Source: a bacterium (GTDB lineage: Bacteria; Patescibacteriota; Minisyncoccia; Phycocordibacterales; UBA6899). Taken from it: a DNA stretch of 64,000 nt. A program made the position numbers and the translations under genes. Location of the stretch: positions 40,614-104,613 of the forward strand of contig JAYUQG010000005.1 of NCBI GenBank assembly GCA_043756865.1. Direction: 5' to 3'. The notes under the pieces were generated by a model that was not told the DNA's origin, searched no databases, and saw nothing but the letters and a program-made list of their open reading frames with translations. Below are positions 38,856 through 48,117 of this stretch, in pieces. Each line of letters opens with the position of its first letter. The first letter of the stretch is position 1.

Positions 38856-39272
38856 ATGACACGCTCAATTATTTTCTTTTTCGCAACCCTGCTTTTGGTC
38901 ATTAGTCCATCTGTTGTTTTCGGTCAGTCAACGATAATTCCTTGCGGATTTGACTTGAACGGTGACACCGTTATCAAAAATACTGCCGGCTTTGATGAAG
39001 AATGTGATTTCAATGACCTTATCACGCTTGCGCAAAACGTCATCAACTTCCTAATCTTCGCTATAGCGGGACCACTTGCAGCACTGATGTTTGCCTATGC
39101 AGGATTTCTGTATGTCACCAACCGCGGAAATGAAGGTCAAGTCAAACAAGCGCACGAAATATTTCTTTATGTGTTCTGGGGTCTTGTTATTGCCTTAGGC
39201 GCATGGGTATTTGTAAACTTTATTCTCGAGTTCTTACTAGGAGCCGGCTCAGGATTTAATTTCCTTACATAA
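38856..39272 (+). CDS. VirB2/TrbC-like pilin 1
   Basis: Signal peptide, Cys pair and TM-loop-TM (YAGFLYVTNRGNEGQVKQA). Confidence 0.8.
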   Translation: MTRSIIFFFATLLLVISPSVVFGQSTIIPCGFDLNGDTVIKNTAGFDEECDFNDLITLAQNVINFLIFAIAGPLAALMFAYAGFLYVTNRGNEGQVKQAHEIFLYVFWGLVIALGAWVFVNFILEFLLGAGSGFNFLT

Positions 39273-39278
39273 TTTTAT

Positions 39279-39656
39279 ATGAATAATAAACTTTTAACCC
39301 ATGTCGGCACCCTTGCAGTGCTCCTCACCCCGATGGTGCTTGTGCATGCGGCCACCACGTATAATAATCCCGTTACCTATGCAGGCGTTTCTTCGATTCC
39401 ATGCTTTCTTGTTGCACTTGTCGACTTGATATTTCTTGTTGGAGTTCCGATTATCGTGTTATTTATTATTTATTCTGGATTTCTCTTTGTCACCGGTGGA
39501 GACAATGAGGCGCAGGTCAAGAAGGCGCGGTTTGTCTTTACTTGGACAATGGTTGGCGCGCTGGTACTTTTGGGCGCAAAAGCCATCGCACTTGCGGTAA
39601 AAAATACCGTACTGAGCCTGGGTGGTATGGCTTCTGTTGTGGGGGTCTGCGCATAG
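39279..39656 (+). CDS. VirB2/TrbC-like pilin 2
   Basis: IIYSGFLFVTGGDNEAQVKKAR...WTMVGA. Confidence 0.82.
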   Translation: MNNKLLTHVGTLAVLLTPMVLVHAATTYNNPVTYAGVSSIPCFLVALVDLIFLVGVPIIVLFIIYSGFLFVTGGDNEAQVKKARFVFTWTMVGALVLLGAKAIALAVKNTVLSLGGMASVVGVCA

Positions 39657-39676
39657 CATAGAATATAATTTCCTAT

Positions 39677-40021
39677 ATGATTAATAAATTTTCACAAGTT
39701 GTTATTTCCATAGTATTTGCCACTTATCCGTTAAGCGTGTTTGCGGGTCCATTCAATACACTCAATAACCCCACTCCTGCGGGCGCAAATACATTTCAGG
39801 ATTATATCTACTTATTGGTACAAATTGCGCAATTAGTAGGCATACCCATGCTCGTTATGTGTATTATTTATGCGGGTTTTCTTATGGTTACAGCCGGGGG
39901 CAACGAAGAGCAGATTTCTAAGTCTAAACTTTGGTTTCTTTGGACGCTCGTCGGCGCGGCAATTATACTCGGAGCAAAGGTGCTTGCAGATCTTATCAAA
40001 GGTACAGCAACCGCATTTTAA
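39677..40021 (+). CDS. VirB2/TrbC-like pilin 3
   Basis: IIYAGFLMVTAGGNEEQISKSK...WTLVGA. Confidence 0.82.
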   Translation: MINKFSQVVISIVFATYPLSVFAGPFNTLNNPTPAGANTFQDYIYLLVQIAQLVGIPMLVMCIIYAGFLMVTAGGNEEQISKSKLWFLWTLVGAAIILGAKVLADLIKGTATAF

Positions 40022-40025
40022 AAAT

Positions 40026-40373
40026 ATGAAATACCGATACATATCAATTGCCGCGCTCTTCACTCTACCGAGTATTGCTTTTGCCGCAGCGGCAGCAAAC
40101 TTTAAGGAGCTTGCAGAATTTTTTCTTATCGTCATTCAAAACCTCATCAGCATTATGTTTGCGGCGATGACCGTGGGACTTCTTTATGGAGTGGTGTTGT
40201 ACTTCATTAATTCTGACAACGAGAAAAAACGCGAAGAGATTCGCGGCTATCTCGTGTACGGCGTGATGGCAGTCATTGCAGTTATGGGGCTCTGGGGATT
40301 TATCGCATTGCTGAACTCAAGTTTCTTTGGTACGGCTGTGGGCATCCCTTATATTAGCAAACCATCAGTATGA
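40026..40373 (+). CDS. Pilin-like protein 4
   Basis: AFA signal cleavage motif; YGVVLYFINSDNEKKREE...LWG. Confidence 0.78.
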   Translation: MKYRYISIAALFTLPSIAFAAAAANFKELAEFFLIVIQNLISIMFAAMTVGLLYGVVLYFINSDNEKKREEIRGYLVYGVMAVIAVMGLWGFIALLNSSFFGTAVGIPYISKPSV

Positions 40374-40735
40374 TTTATTTTACACTTGCCATCGCTTTGG
40401 GGTTCGGTCTGTTTATTCCAGCAGCTGCATTTGCCGCATTTTCGAACATTCTCGGACTAGAGAGCTACCTATACGAGATCCTTTCAGCACTTTCAATGTT
40501 GTTCTGGGTGATGGCAATCGCATTTTTTATGTGGGGAGTGATAAAGTTTATCGCCAATACTGACGACCCCGCAAAACGCGAAGAAGGAAAGAAGTTTCTC
40601 GTGTGGTCAGTAATTGCATTCCTTGTACTCGTTTCTATTTGGGGGATAGTGCGATTTCTTTTGGTGGATACTATTGGAATTATGCCCGGTTCTACTAACG
40701 TGGTGTTTATAGACAAAAACGGTGTTCCCGTTTAA
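40370..40735 (+). CDS. Pilin-like protein 5
   Basis: FFMWGVIKFIANTDDPAKREEGK...SIWG. Confidence 0.8.
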   Translation: MIYFTLAIALGFGLFIPAAAFAAFSNILGLESYLYEILSALSMLFWVMAIAFFMWGVIKFIANTDDPAKREEGKKFLVWSVIAFLVLVSIWGIVRFLLVDTIGIMPGSTNVVFIDKNGVPV

Positions 40736-40791
40736 GAGTATATTTTCTTACGCCATCTCCAATTTACTCTTTCTTATTCAGTAAGTTTTAG

Positions 40792-40971
40792 AGGTGCACC
40801 ACAAGAGTACATCCATTTTTATACTCCTTACGGTCGGTAAAAATTAGGTGCACCACGGGAGTATTTCCAATCTCTAACTCGCGATGCTCGAAGGGATTTA
40901 GGTCACTCCTTGGCGACCAATTTTTCTTTACGGTCCTCCGTGTTAGAAAAATGAAGTACTCCCCGTGGTGC
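40792..40971. repeat. Modular repeat inside the pilin cluster, related to the tRNA-flanking scaffold
   Basis: Two direct AGGTGCACCACRRGAGTA copies and one inverted copy. The reverse complement of 40912-40970 matches 11731-11789 at 52/59 positions. Confidence 0.8.
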
Positions 40972-41122
40972 TTTGAAAAGTGTCTCCTCGGAAACTAATT
41001 CAGAAATAGTTAACGAGAGTTGGCATCAGAAAACTAGAGAACTACAGCTAGCCTGTTTTTTGGGTAGCATATAATTAACCGTAGGTGAGTTTACGCTCAC
41101 CATGATGAAATTACGAAAAGTA

Positions 41123-41151
41123 TTGACAATAAGCGCAATTTCTGATACAGT
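41123..41151 (+). promoter_or_regulatory. Near-consensus sigma70 promoter for pilin 6
   Basis: TTGACA-17-TACAGT with an extended TG. Confidence 0.7.
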
Positions 41152-41293
41152 TATATATTGACCTTTAGAAATGATAATCCACAGGTATCTCTTGCGGACG
41201 ATTGTGCAGTAAGGTCAAGTAGGATATCATTTAAGTATAGTTTCGTAGTAGGTCGTTTTGTTTCTTATTAACAGTTTATACACATTTTAGTTT

Positions 41294-41647
41294 ATGAAAA
41301 AATTAATCACCATCGCAATGCTTTTCGGTGTAACGAAGGTCGCATTTGCAGCTTCTACTCTGCAAAACACACTGACCGAGGTTAAGTCACTTGTTGACTT
41401 CCTCGTTCCACTGCTTCTTTCGCTCGCGGTCCTCATGTTCTTCTGGGGATTGGTCAAGTATATTGCCAATGCAAGCGACGAGGCTGCAAAGGAGTCAGGC
41501 AAGACCCTCATGATTTGGGGTATGGTCGCGATCTTCGTTATGGTTGCCTTCTGGGGAATCATCGGCTACGTACAGCAGACACTTGGTCTTTCAGGAACAA
41601 TCAATACTCCTGCAGCACCTGTCATCAACATCATTCCTACGACCTAA
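41294..41647 (+). CDS. Pilin-like protein 6 (candidate major pilin)
   Basis: FFWGLVKYIANASDEAAKESGK...AFWG; has its own promoter and terminator. Confidence 0.82.
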   Translation: MKKLITIAMLFGVTKVAFAASTLQNTLTEVKSLVDFLVPLLLSLAVLMFFWGLVKYIANASDEAAKESGKTLMIWGMVAIFVMVAFWGIIGYVQQTLGLSGTINTPAAPVINIIPTT

Positions 41648-41667
41648 ATCGTCTAGGTTTGGTATTC

Positions 41668-41700
41668 GAAAACACCCGCTACTGCGGGTGTTTTCATTTT
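41668..41700 (+). terminator. Intrinsic terminator
   Basis: GAAAACACCCGC-TACT-GCGGGTGTTTTC followed by ATTTT. Confidence 0.85.
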
Positions 41701-41779
41701 GACTCTTTGAATCCAATCCGCATCCTTTTCTGTGGTTAAAAGACTTCTATTCCTTCTTCTGGGTTGCTATACTTTGCCT

Positions 41780-42100
41780 ATGTTACAAATATTTCTTCCG
41801 AGCGTGGCGCATGCAGCTCCACCCCCGATTCCTAATAGTGTGCTTAATTTCGTTGGACTCATTTCAAGTGAAATCCTCAATCCCGTCATTGCGCTTATGT
41901 TTGGGCTTGCAACTGCGTATTTTATATATGGTATTTTGGTTTATATCTGGAATCCAGACAATGAAGAGGCACGAGATAGTGGCCGCAGAACAATGCTTTG
42001 GGGCATTATCGGTATGTTTATTATGGTCGCCGTGTTCGGAATTATGAGGTTCCTTATTAGTAGTATTGGCGCTGATCCTGCGCTTATGAATTATGTCTAA
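41780..42100 (+). CDS. Pilin-like protein 7
   Basis: YFIYGILVYIWNPDNEEARDSGR..MLWGIIG. Confidence 0.8.
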   Translation: MLQIFLPSVAHAAPPPIPNSVLNFVGLISSEILNPVIALMFGLATAYFIYGILVYIWNPDNEEARDSGRRTMLWGIIGMFIMVAVFGIMRFLISSIGADPALMNYV

Positions 42101-42440
42101 AAAATTCGTTTTCATTCTTCTTTTTGGTCTTCCAGCCGTCTCCAGCGCAGCATCTATGCTCACATTCATTAACGATGTAACTGGCTATTTTGCTGATTTA
42201 ATTCCCATTTTCCTCAGTTTAATGATTGTGGTGTTCTTTTGGGGAGTAGTAAAGTTTATTTATCACGCAGATGACGAAAAGGCAGTTGCAGAAGGAAAGT
42301 CCATTATGATTTGGGGAGTTGTGGGTATCGGTGTCGTCGCGCTCTTGTGGGGTATTGTCGGATATTTGCAGGTTTCATTAGGCCTTAATACGACGACAAC
42401 AGTTGGAAATGGTCCGCAGATTGTGACAAATATTCCCTAG
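42093..42440 (+). CDS. Pilin-like protein 8
   Basis: FFWGVVKFIYHADDEKAVAEGKSIMIWG. Confidence 0.8.
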   Translation: MSKKFVFILLFGLPAVSSAASMLTFINDVTGYFADLIPIFLSLMIVVFFWGVVKFIYHADDEKAVAEGKSIMIWGVVGIGVVALLWGIVGYLQVSLGLNTTTTVGNGPQIVTNIP

Positions 42441-42802
42441 AACCCATCCACCATCTTTTGTGCCGTACCAGAAAAGCGACATTTTGCCTGATAAAACAGT
42501 CTTCGCGAGCCAATGATGCTTTGGCATCATTTCCTGCTCCAGACAATTTTCTCATGCAAAATCTCATCTTTTTGGCATCGACAAAAAGATAGTGGATAGG
42601 CTCTTTGGACTCGTCCACCAATAACTTCATAGTTATTGGTGATGACGGTCCTTTGTGCCAGGTCCATTTTTTATAGCAACCTATTAATGGATGAAGTCTT
42701 AGTTTCCCCCTTTGTTGTGAGCGGGTTTCGAGGATACATCTTTGAGCATAAAAAAACGCCGAGGACTAGCCTCGACGCGTGCGCATCTGCGCAAAAGAAC
42801 GC

Positions 42803-44428
42803 TTACTTTTTCAACCTGACCATCACCTTGGCATCGGCCCCCGTATCGTTGAGGACTCTTGCCATTACGGAGGCATCTGCGGGAAGCTTCCCGAGAAAGA
42901 TCTCAATGACAAAGTGACTGCCACCAGTGTCCCATCTCAGATAGAATTCACCCGACTGCGAGCCACCTTCGTTGGACCATATGCCCCAGCACGACTTCGG
43001 CGTTTTGGCTTTACTGTCGGTTGCAGAAGCGCACTGCCCATTGAAGAGTAGATTCCATTCAGGACGGGATTCATCCAAGAGCACACGAAGGCTGATTTTG
43101 TCTGCAACGTAGCTCTCGTCACCGAGCGGCTTTTTTGTGCCGTGGTAGTTGTATTGAGGAAGACCCTTGTGTGGGTTTGGCTGCTGATACAGTGCCTCGT
43201 ATTTCGGAGCATCTCCGAGCATGAGTGCGGGTTCACGGCGAACCGTGGAGCTCGGCGTAGACATAGCATTTCTGCCGGTCACGACGTCCTTCATAGTTTC
43301 CATACTCGGCACGTTCGGGTTATCCGAAAGGACGGTGTACCCACCCCAGCCCAGGCCACCAGCTGCACCGAGCCAAAGCAGCGCCGGCCCAAGCTTGAGA
43401 CTCTCCTTTGCTTTTCCGCCCGCAGTAGCTACAGCACCGTTTCTCCTGTTCCATGCCCATTTTATCCCCCAAAACACGGGAATATGTAGAATCAGCAGGA
43501 CGAGGGCGTAGCCTGGGTTTTCAGACACCCATTTTGACCACGTTGCTGGTTGTGACCATATGAAGGCAGCGTTGCCCGCTACCTCACCCGTTTTTGAGCC
43601 GCCCGCTTTGATGGGCTTCCTTCCTGCATACGAGTCTTCCCAGACTTTTTTTGCTGGAGGCCAGTACTTGCCCATTTCTTCGAGCGTAATGTTGCCATTT
43701 GCCTCGCAAAGCGATTTGTATGCAGTGGCTTGTTCCGGAGCCCACTTCTTGCGTGCGTCGTCGGAGTGTTTACACTCCATGAGTGCTTTTGTCCACCTGA
43801 GTTGCTTCTGCAGGCGATCGTCTTGGATTTTTACGTCCGCATCGCCCAGCTCGTTTGCCGCAATCTCCGACTGTGGCGTACCTGTGAGCGTGATTCCTAC
43901 CTTTTTGAGGAGGTGGGGATTCATCTGTGGGATCACACCTGCAATGGCCAGCACAACAATGGTACCCGTAATCCACGGCAGCCACTCGTCAAGATGGCTA
44001 TTTGGAAGCAGGAGTGCGGCTGCGATACACACGACAATCACAAGGATTATCTGCGGGAATGCAGTGGGCGCTCCAATCATGCGACAGACGATAGCGACAT
44101 AACCTGCCACAACGGCTGAGATGATCAAGAGGAGGTAGAGCCTCCACACAGACTTCTTTGCAGGGTCGTCTTTGTGGTAGAAGAACTCACCGAGTGCCGC
44201 TATTCCGCCGACGTTCGGCTGCCAGTAGATTTTCGTGAGTAGAATCACGAACAACCACATGGCAATGTTGATTACGCCGTACCCGCCCCAAGCCGTAAGG
44301 CCCCAGAGCGAGAGGAGGTAGACGAGCACGAAGCCGAATACCGCCATCATCTTTCCGTACGCCCAATTTGTGGCGTATACCACTTCGTCTTTCGCCAGCT
44401 TGGCGAGGTTCGATGCGTTGTTTGTCAT
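42803..44428 (-). CDS. Orphan multi-TM membrane protein with soluble domains (541 aa)
   Basis: Start MTNNAS is coupled by TGATG to the upstream gene, with an AGGAG SD; about 7 hydrophobic segments. Confidence 0.75.
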   Translation of the reverse strand: MTNNASNLAKLAKDEVVYATNWAYGKMMAVFGFVLVYLLSLWGLTAWGGYGVINIAMWLFVILLTKIYWQPNVGGIAALGEFFYHKDDPAKKSVWRLYLLLIISAVVAGYVAIVCRMIGAPTAFPQIILVIVVCIAAALLLPNSHLDEWLPWITGTIVVLAIAGVIPQMNPHLLKKVGITLTGTPQSEIAANELGDADVKIQDDRLQKQLRWTKALMECKHSDDARKKWAPEQATAYKSLCEANGNITLEEMGKYWPPAKKVWEDSYAGRKPIKAGGSKTGEVAGNAAFIWSQPATWSKWVSENPGYALVLLILHIPVFWGIKWAWNRRNGAVATAGGKAKESLKLGPALLWLGAAGGLGWGGYTVLSDNPNVPSMETMKDVVTGRNAMSTPSSTVRREPALMLGDAPKYEALYQQPNPHKGLPQYNYHGTKKPLGDESYVADKISLRVLLDESRPEWNLLFNGQCASATDSKAKTPKSCWGIWSNEGGSQSGEFYLRWDTGGSHFVIEIFLGKLPADASVMARVLNDTGADAKVMVRLKK

Positions 44429-45252
44429 CACTTTCTCCTTGAGCGGATGCCGAACATCCGTAGAGTTGTATTGATGGCGCCGTCTCCCTGCAACAGGGGT
44501 TCCGGCACCGGTTTTGCGCCGGTGAGACCCGTGTTTGCGAATCGTCCCCACAAACTCATGGAGACAGGTTTGGCGCGCTTGGCGTTCCTTTCTGCGATGA
44601 ATGCAGTGACTTTGGGGGAGTCGACGAGCTCTTTGAGGCTATTCACCTCCAGAGGATCGAGAACGGTTACCTTGAAGCCTTTTGAGTACATTGCCCATGT
44701 CTTCACGATTGGGCTTTGCTCAAGAATGCGTAGGTTGTACAGCGAATTCACGACTTCGCGCATGCGCCCGTCTGGTGTGTCGCCGATGCGAGCCACAATC
44801 ATTTGAAGCGTTTTTACGCGATCGTCAATCTCACTTACGGTGAGGGTCTGCTGCACGACATCTTCGGTCGGCTTGTCAGCCGGATTCTTTCCACCGTCTT
44901 GGCGCACTGTTTTTGTGGTGGACTTCGGCACCAACTGGATTGACGTTATTGTCATCCAGAAAAAGTACCGTTCGTAGTCGGTCATCGCCTTAAGCAGACG
45001 TTCGAGCTTTGCCGCTTCTTCGGTTGTAAGCTTGCCGAGCAAAAGGGCGGTAAGAGAGTTCTCACCGAACCCAATGCCAAACATTTTCGGCATCTGCTGC
45101 TTAATGACGTCTGCGCCACCTGCATCGAGAAATGACTGGATGCGACCACCCATACCACTGCCGTGCGCGGGGTTGCCCCTGAATGCGGCCATGAGCGATG
45201 CTGCGAGACTGGTCACCTCCAGCGCGGTTTCTGCCTTACCCATTCCGGTCAT
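44428..45252 (-). CDS. Orphan hypothetical protein (274 aa)
   Basis: GAAAGGA SD and TTGACT-17-TATAAT promoter (45319-45347). Confidence 0.75.
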   Translation of the reverse strand: MTGMGKAETALEVTSLAASLMAAFRGNPAHGSGMGGRIQSFLDAGGADVIKQQMPKMFGIGFGENSLTALLLGKLTTEEAAKLERLLKAMTDYERYFFWMTITSIQLVPKSTTKTVRQDGGKNPADKPTEDVVQQTLTVSEIDDRVKTLQMIVARIGDTPDGRMREVVNSLYNLRILEQSPIVKTWAMYSKGFKVTVLDPLEVNSLKELVDSPKVTAFIAERNAKRAKPVSMSLWGRFANTGLTGAKPVPEPLLQGDGAINTTLRMFGIRSRRK

Positions 45253-45399
45253 GATGTATCCTTTCGTTTGTGATAGTCAAATTGTCAAAGTGTAAATTCC
45301 AAACGGAATTCTGTAAACATTATAGCAAATTATACAAGAAAAGTCAAGTATTTAGGTCTCAAATAATGGCTTAACCACAACAAATAATACCCTAGTATT

Positions 45400-45756
45400 T
45401 TAGTGTGTGTTGCGGTCTATGTGGATTGGTGACAAATCTCTAATTTTTTTTCTTGTACAGACAAAAAATGTAAGTGTTCGCAACCCCACAGCGCTGTTTC
45501 GCGTGCTCGCGAAACAGCGCTGTGGTTCACAATATCGAGGGAGGACTAGGTCACAAGTCACTAAGTCTTGTGACTCACTTCGTGAGCCAAAAGCAAAGTG
45601 CTCGCGACCCTTACAGGGTTTGTACACCTTGTTGGTTTTCTCAAAATGGGAATTTCTCGAAAACATCGTCAAGGTCTTCAAGTCCTCTCGCGAAAGTGCA
45701 GCCAAGCACCTTCTCTGGGCACAATGCAAAAATCCCTTCTGGGGATTTTTGCATTG
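45400..45756. repeat. tRNA-Leu(TAG) downstream modular repeat region
   Basis: Inverted tRNA 3' copy at 45677-45723, GGTCAC module at 45549-45609 and a perfect 18-bp stem at 45486-45525. Confidence 0.85.
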
Positions 45757-45838
45757 TGCCCAGGAGAGGACTTGAACCTCCACCTCTTGCGAGACCAGTT
45801 CCTAAGACTGGCGCGGCTACCAATTACGCCACCTGGGC
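45757..45838 (-). tRNA. tRNA-Leu(TAG)
   Basis: Anticodon arm CCAGT-CTTAGGA-ACTGG, long variable arm and GGTTCAAGTCC. Confidence 0.96.
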
Positions 45839-45919
45839 AGGTGATAGGGGAATACTATACTGATTATTGGGAAAAAGAAATGGCACAAAAAAGCGGCACG
45901 AGGCCGCTCCTGTTCCTTC

Positions 45920-46090
45920 TTAATTGGGTGAGTTGTACTTCACCATTGCCTGCATGGGGAAGCCACCTTGACCTAAGGCAACTCCGCCTTGCGGGACCCA
46001 GCCATGTTTAATGCATTCGCTAACTGCCTTTGCCAGGCACCCAATGTCATGGTTTGAGACGATGCGATACTCAGCGATTTCAGTGTTCAT
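45920..46090 (-). CDS. 56-aa DUF1737-like small protein (below the ORF-track cutoff)
   Basis: MNTEIAEYRIVSNHDIGCLAKAVSECIKHGWVPQGGVALGQGGFPMQAMVKYNSPN; AGGAGG SD and TTGACT-17-TAACAT promoter. Confidence 0.7.
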   Translation of the reverse strand: MNTEIAEYRIVSNHDIGCLAKAVSECIKHGWVPQGGVALGQGGFPMQAMVKYNSPN

Positions 46091-46245
46091 GGTTACTGCC
46101 TCCTGAAGCTACTAATATGTTACTATGAAAAAAAGTGTTAGTCAACTGTATGAGTAGTGCACAGTAATATTTTAGGAAACGCTCAAAGATTTTTGCAACC
46201 TTCACCCAGCTGCATCCTCGGCTCCCGCAGTGGGCATTCGGGCTT

Positions 46246-46437
46246 TGGTCACAAGTCACTAGATTTCGGCAGGAATTTCGGTCATTACATGACCAGTACC
46301 CGTTTCCCATTTCTTCGTGATATGAATCACTCACAAATATGGGAGAACGGCTTCGAATCCTGCCAGAAGTGCCGCAGGGCACTTCTTCGGGGGCACACAT
46401 AACAAAAAAACTGCCAAAGCAGTTTTTTTGTTATGTG
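46246..46437. repeat. tRNA-Lys downstream modular repeat region
   Basis: GGTCACAAGTCACTA module, GTACCCGTTTCCCAT..ATGGGAGAACGGCTTCGAA module and an inverted tRNA copy at 46352-46397. Confidence 0.85.
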
Positions 46438-46510
46438 TGCCCCCGGCAGGATTCGAACCTGCGACCGTCTCGTTAAGAGCGAGCTGCTCTACCAACTGAG
46501 CTACGAAGGC
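46438..46510 (-). tRNA. tRNA-Lys(CTT)
   Basis: GCCTTCGTAGCTCAGTTGGTAGAGC, anticodon loop CTCTTAA and GGTTCGAATCC. Confidence 0.94.
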
Positions 46511-46740
46511 ATATGACAAAAAATACATCAAATGTTGTGTTTTTAGCTAAAAAACAGTTTCATCTGAACTTTGCCATTTTAGCAAAATAGTTAAGAAAAG
46601 CAATGAAATTTGCATTAACAATACACCCGAGAAAAGCAGCAAGTATGGGGATTCCACATAAATTCAGGTACTCTGCTATTATTACTTCGTTATGAAGTGG
46701 CTAGTCTCCGCACACCCACTCGTGCCGATATGTTAACCCA

Positions 46741-47331
46741 ATGTTAAGCAACGATACAAACAAAGAGCGAGACGCTGACCTTGTGGCAAGGGCACTCAAC
46801 GATAAGGATGCTTTTGCGGAAATTATTTCGTCATATGAATTGCCACTACGGCGCTATCTTGTACGACTAGGTTGTAGAGATACACACGATGTTGAGGACT
46901 TACTGCAGGACATATTTCTTAAGGTGTATGTGAATCTCAATGAGTTTGAGCATGATCTCCAGTTTTCGTCATGGATATATCGAATTGCACACAATGAAAC
47001 CATAAGTTTTTTTAGAAAAAAAAACATACGCCCTACCACAGTTACAACCGAAGAAGATTTGCAGCTTTTTACCAATGTTGCTGATGAAGAAGATTTTATA
47101 CAATTACTCAATGACCGTATGAATCTGGAAATATTTCGTACCGCATTGGCGCAGCTTGAGGGTCAGTATCGCGATGTGCTCGTGCTCCGCTTTTTAGAAA
47201 ATAAAAATTATGCTGAAATATCAGATATTCTCAAAATACCAATTGGCACAGTTGGTACGGCCATCAACCGAGGAAAAAAACTATTGCGCGACAGGGTGGT
47301 ATCAAAAATATCCAACTCACGCTTAGTTTAA
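46741..47331 (+). CDS. ECF-family RNA polymerase sigma factor
   Basis: EDLLQDIFLK, FSSWIYRIAHN and YAEISDILKIPIGTV. Confidence 0.95.
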   Translation: MLSNDTNKERDADLVARALNDKDAFAEIISSYELPLRRYLVRLGCRDTHDVEDLLQDIFLKVYVNLNEFEHDLQFSSWIYRIAHNETISFFRKKNIRPTTVTTEEDLQLFTNVADEEDFIQLLNDRMNLEIFRTALAQLEGQYRDVLVLRFLENKNYAEISDILKIPIGTVGTAINRGKKLLRDRVVSKISNSRLV

Positions 47332-47340
47332 TAACATACT

Positions 47341-48045
47341 ATGGAAAATAAACTACAACAGAGAATTGTAAATGAAATCAAGAAGCGTGGCATAGTGCCA
47401 CGCCCGAAATGGCAGTTTTTACTTAAGCGCAGTTTTGGCTGGACGCTTGCAGCAGTGTCACTCATGTTGGGTAGCATTGTTATCGCAACAATGATGTTCA
47501 TTTTTAGCGGTTACGATGAAAGCCTTGCAAAATACTTTAGTGAAAGTATTTATATCGATATCCTTGAGCTGCTTCCGTTCTTTTGGTTCTGCACTCTTGT
47601 TCTTCTTGTTTGGATTAGCAAGTATGCTGTTCGCCAAACAACCTATGGATACCGTTACACAACAGGGCAGATACTGACTGGTATTCTCTCTTCGAGTATT
47701 GTACTAGGAGCATTGTTGTATTCTTTTGGGCTGGGAGAGCGTGTACAGAATTTTCTCGTCCACTCTTCGCCTTATTATGATGCTCTTACATTTACCTCTA
47801 AGGATGCTTGGTCACACCCTGAAAAGGGCTTGCTTGGCGGAGTAATCATTAGCGTCGGTGATTCAGGTGAGATTGAACTACGCGACTTTAGCAATCAAAT
47901 TTGGCAGGTTGATGTGCGGGAAATTGCAGATAAAAAAATTGATTTTCAACTGCAAAAGGGTGTAATGATAAAAATTATTGGCACTCAAGATGCCCCTTTC
48001 TCATTTTACGCAGAAGAGGTATTTTCTTGGAATAACAACATTTGA
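47341..48045 (+). CDS. Membrane protein, candidate anti-sigma factor
   Basis: Three TMs plus a C-terminal beta domain, immediately after the ECF sigma. Confidence 0.65.
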   Translation: MENKLQQRIVNEIKKRGIVPRPKWQFLLKRSFGWTLAAVSLMLGSIVIATMMFIFSGYDESLAKYFSESIYIDILELLPFFWFCTLVLLVWISKYAVRQTTYGYRYTTGQILTGILSSSIVLGALLYSFGLGERVQNFLVHSSPYYDALTFTSKDAWSHPEKGLLGGVIISVGDSGEIELRDFSNQIWQVDVREIADKKIDFQLQKGVMIKIIGTQDAPFSFYAEEVFSWNNNI

Positions 48046-48117
48046 AAGAAAGATACAGAGTGGTGCGTAATAGTAAGTAAGGGGCAAATCCTAACTATTA
48101 ATCAATTTCCCTAACTT

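Noticed and set aside
42385-42667. Possible small minus-strand ORFs after pilin 8
   Set aside because: Two competing short frames with no SD or motif support; cannot be called.
45400-46531. ORFs overlapping tRNA-Leu, tRNA-Lys and their tails (similar ones at 11821-12106, 51632-52185, 52897-53344 and 63168-63613)
   Set aside because: They overlap tRNAs and palindromic repeats and have no protein-like features.
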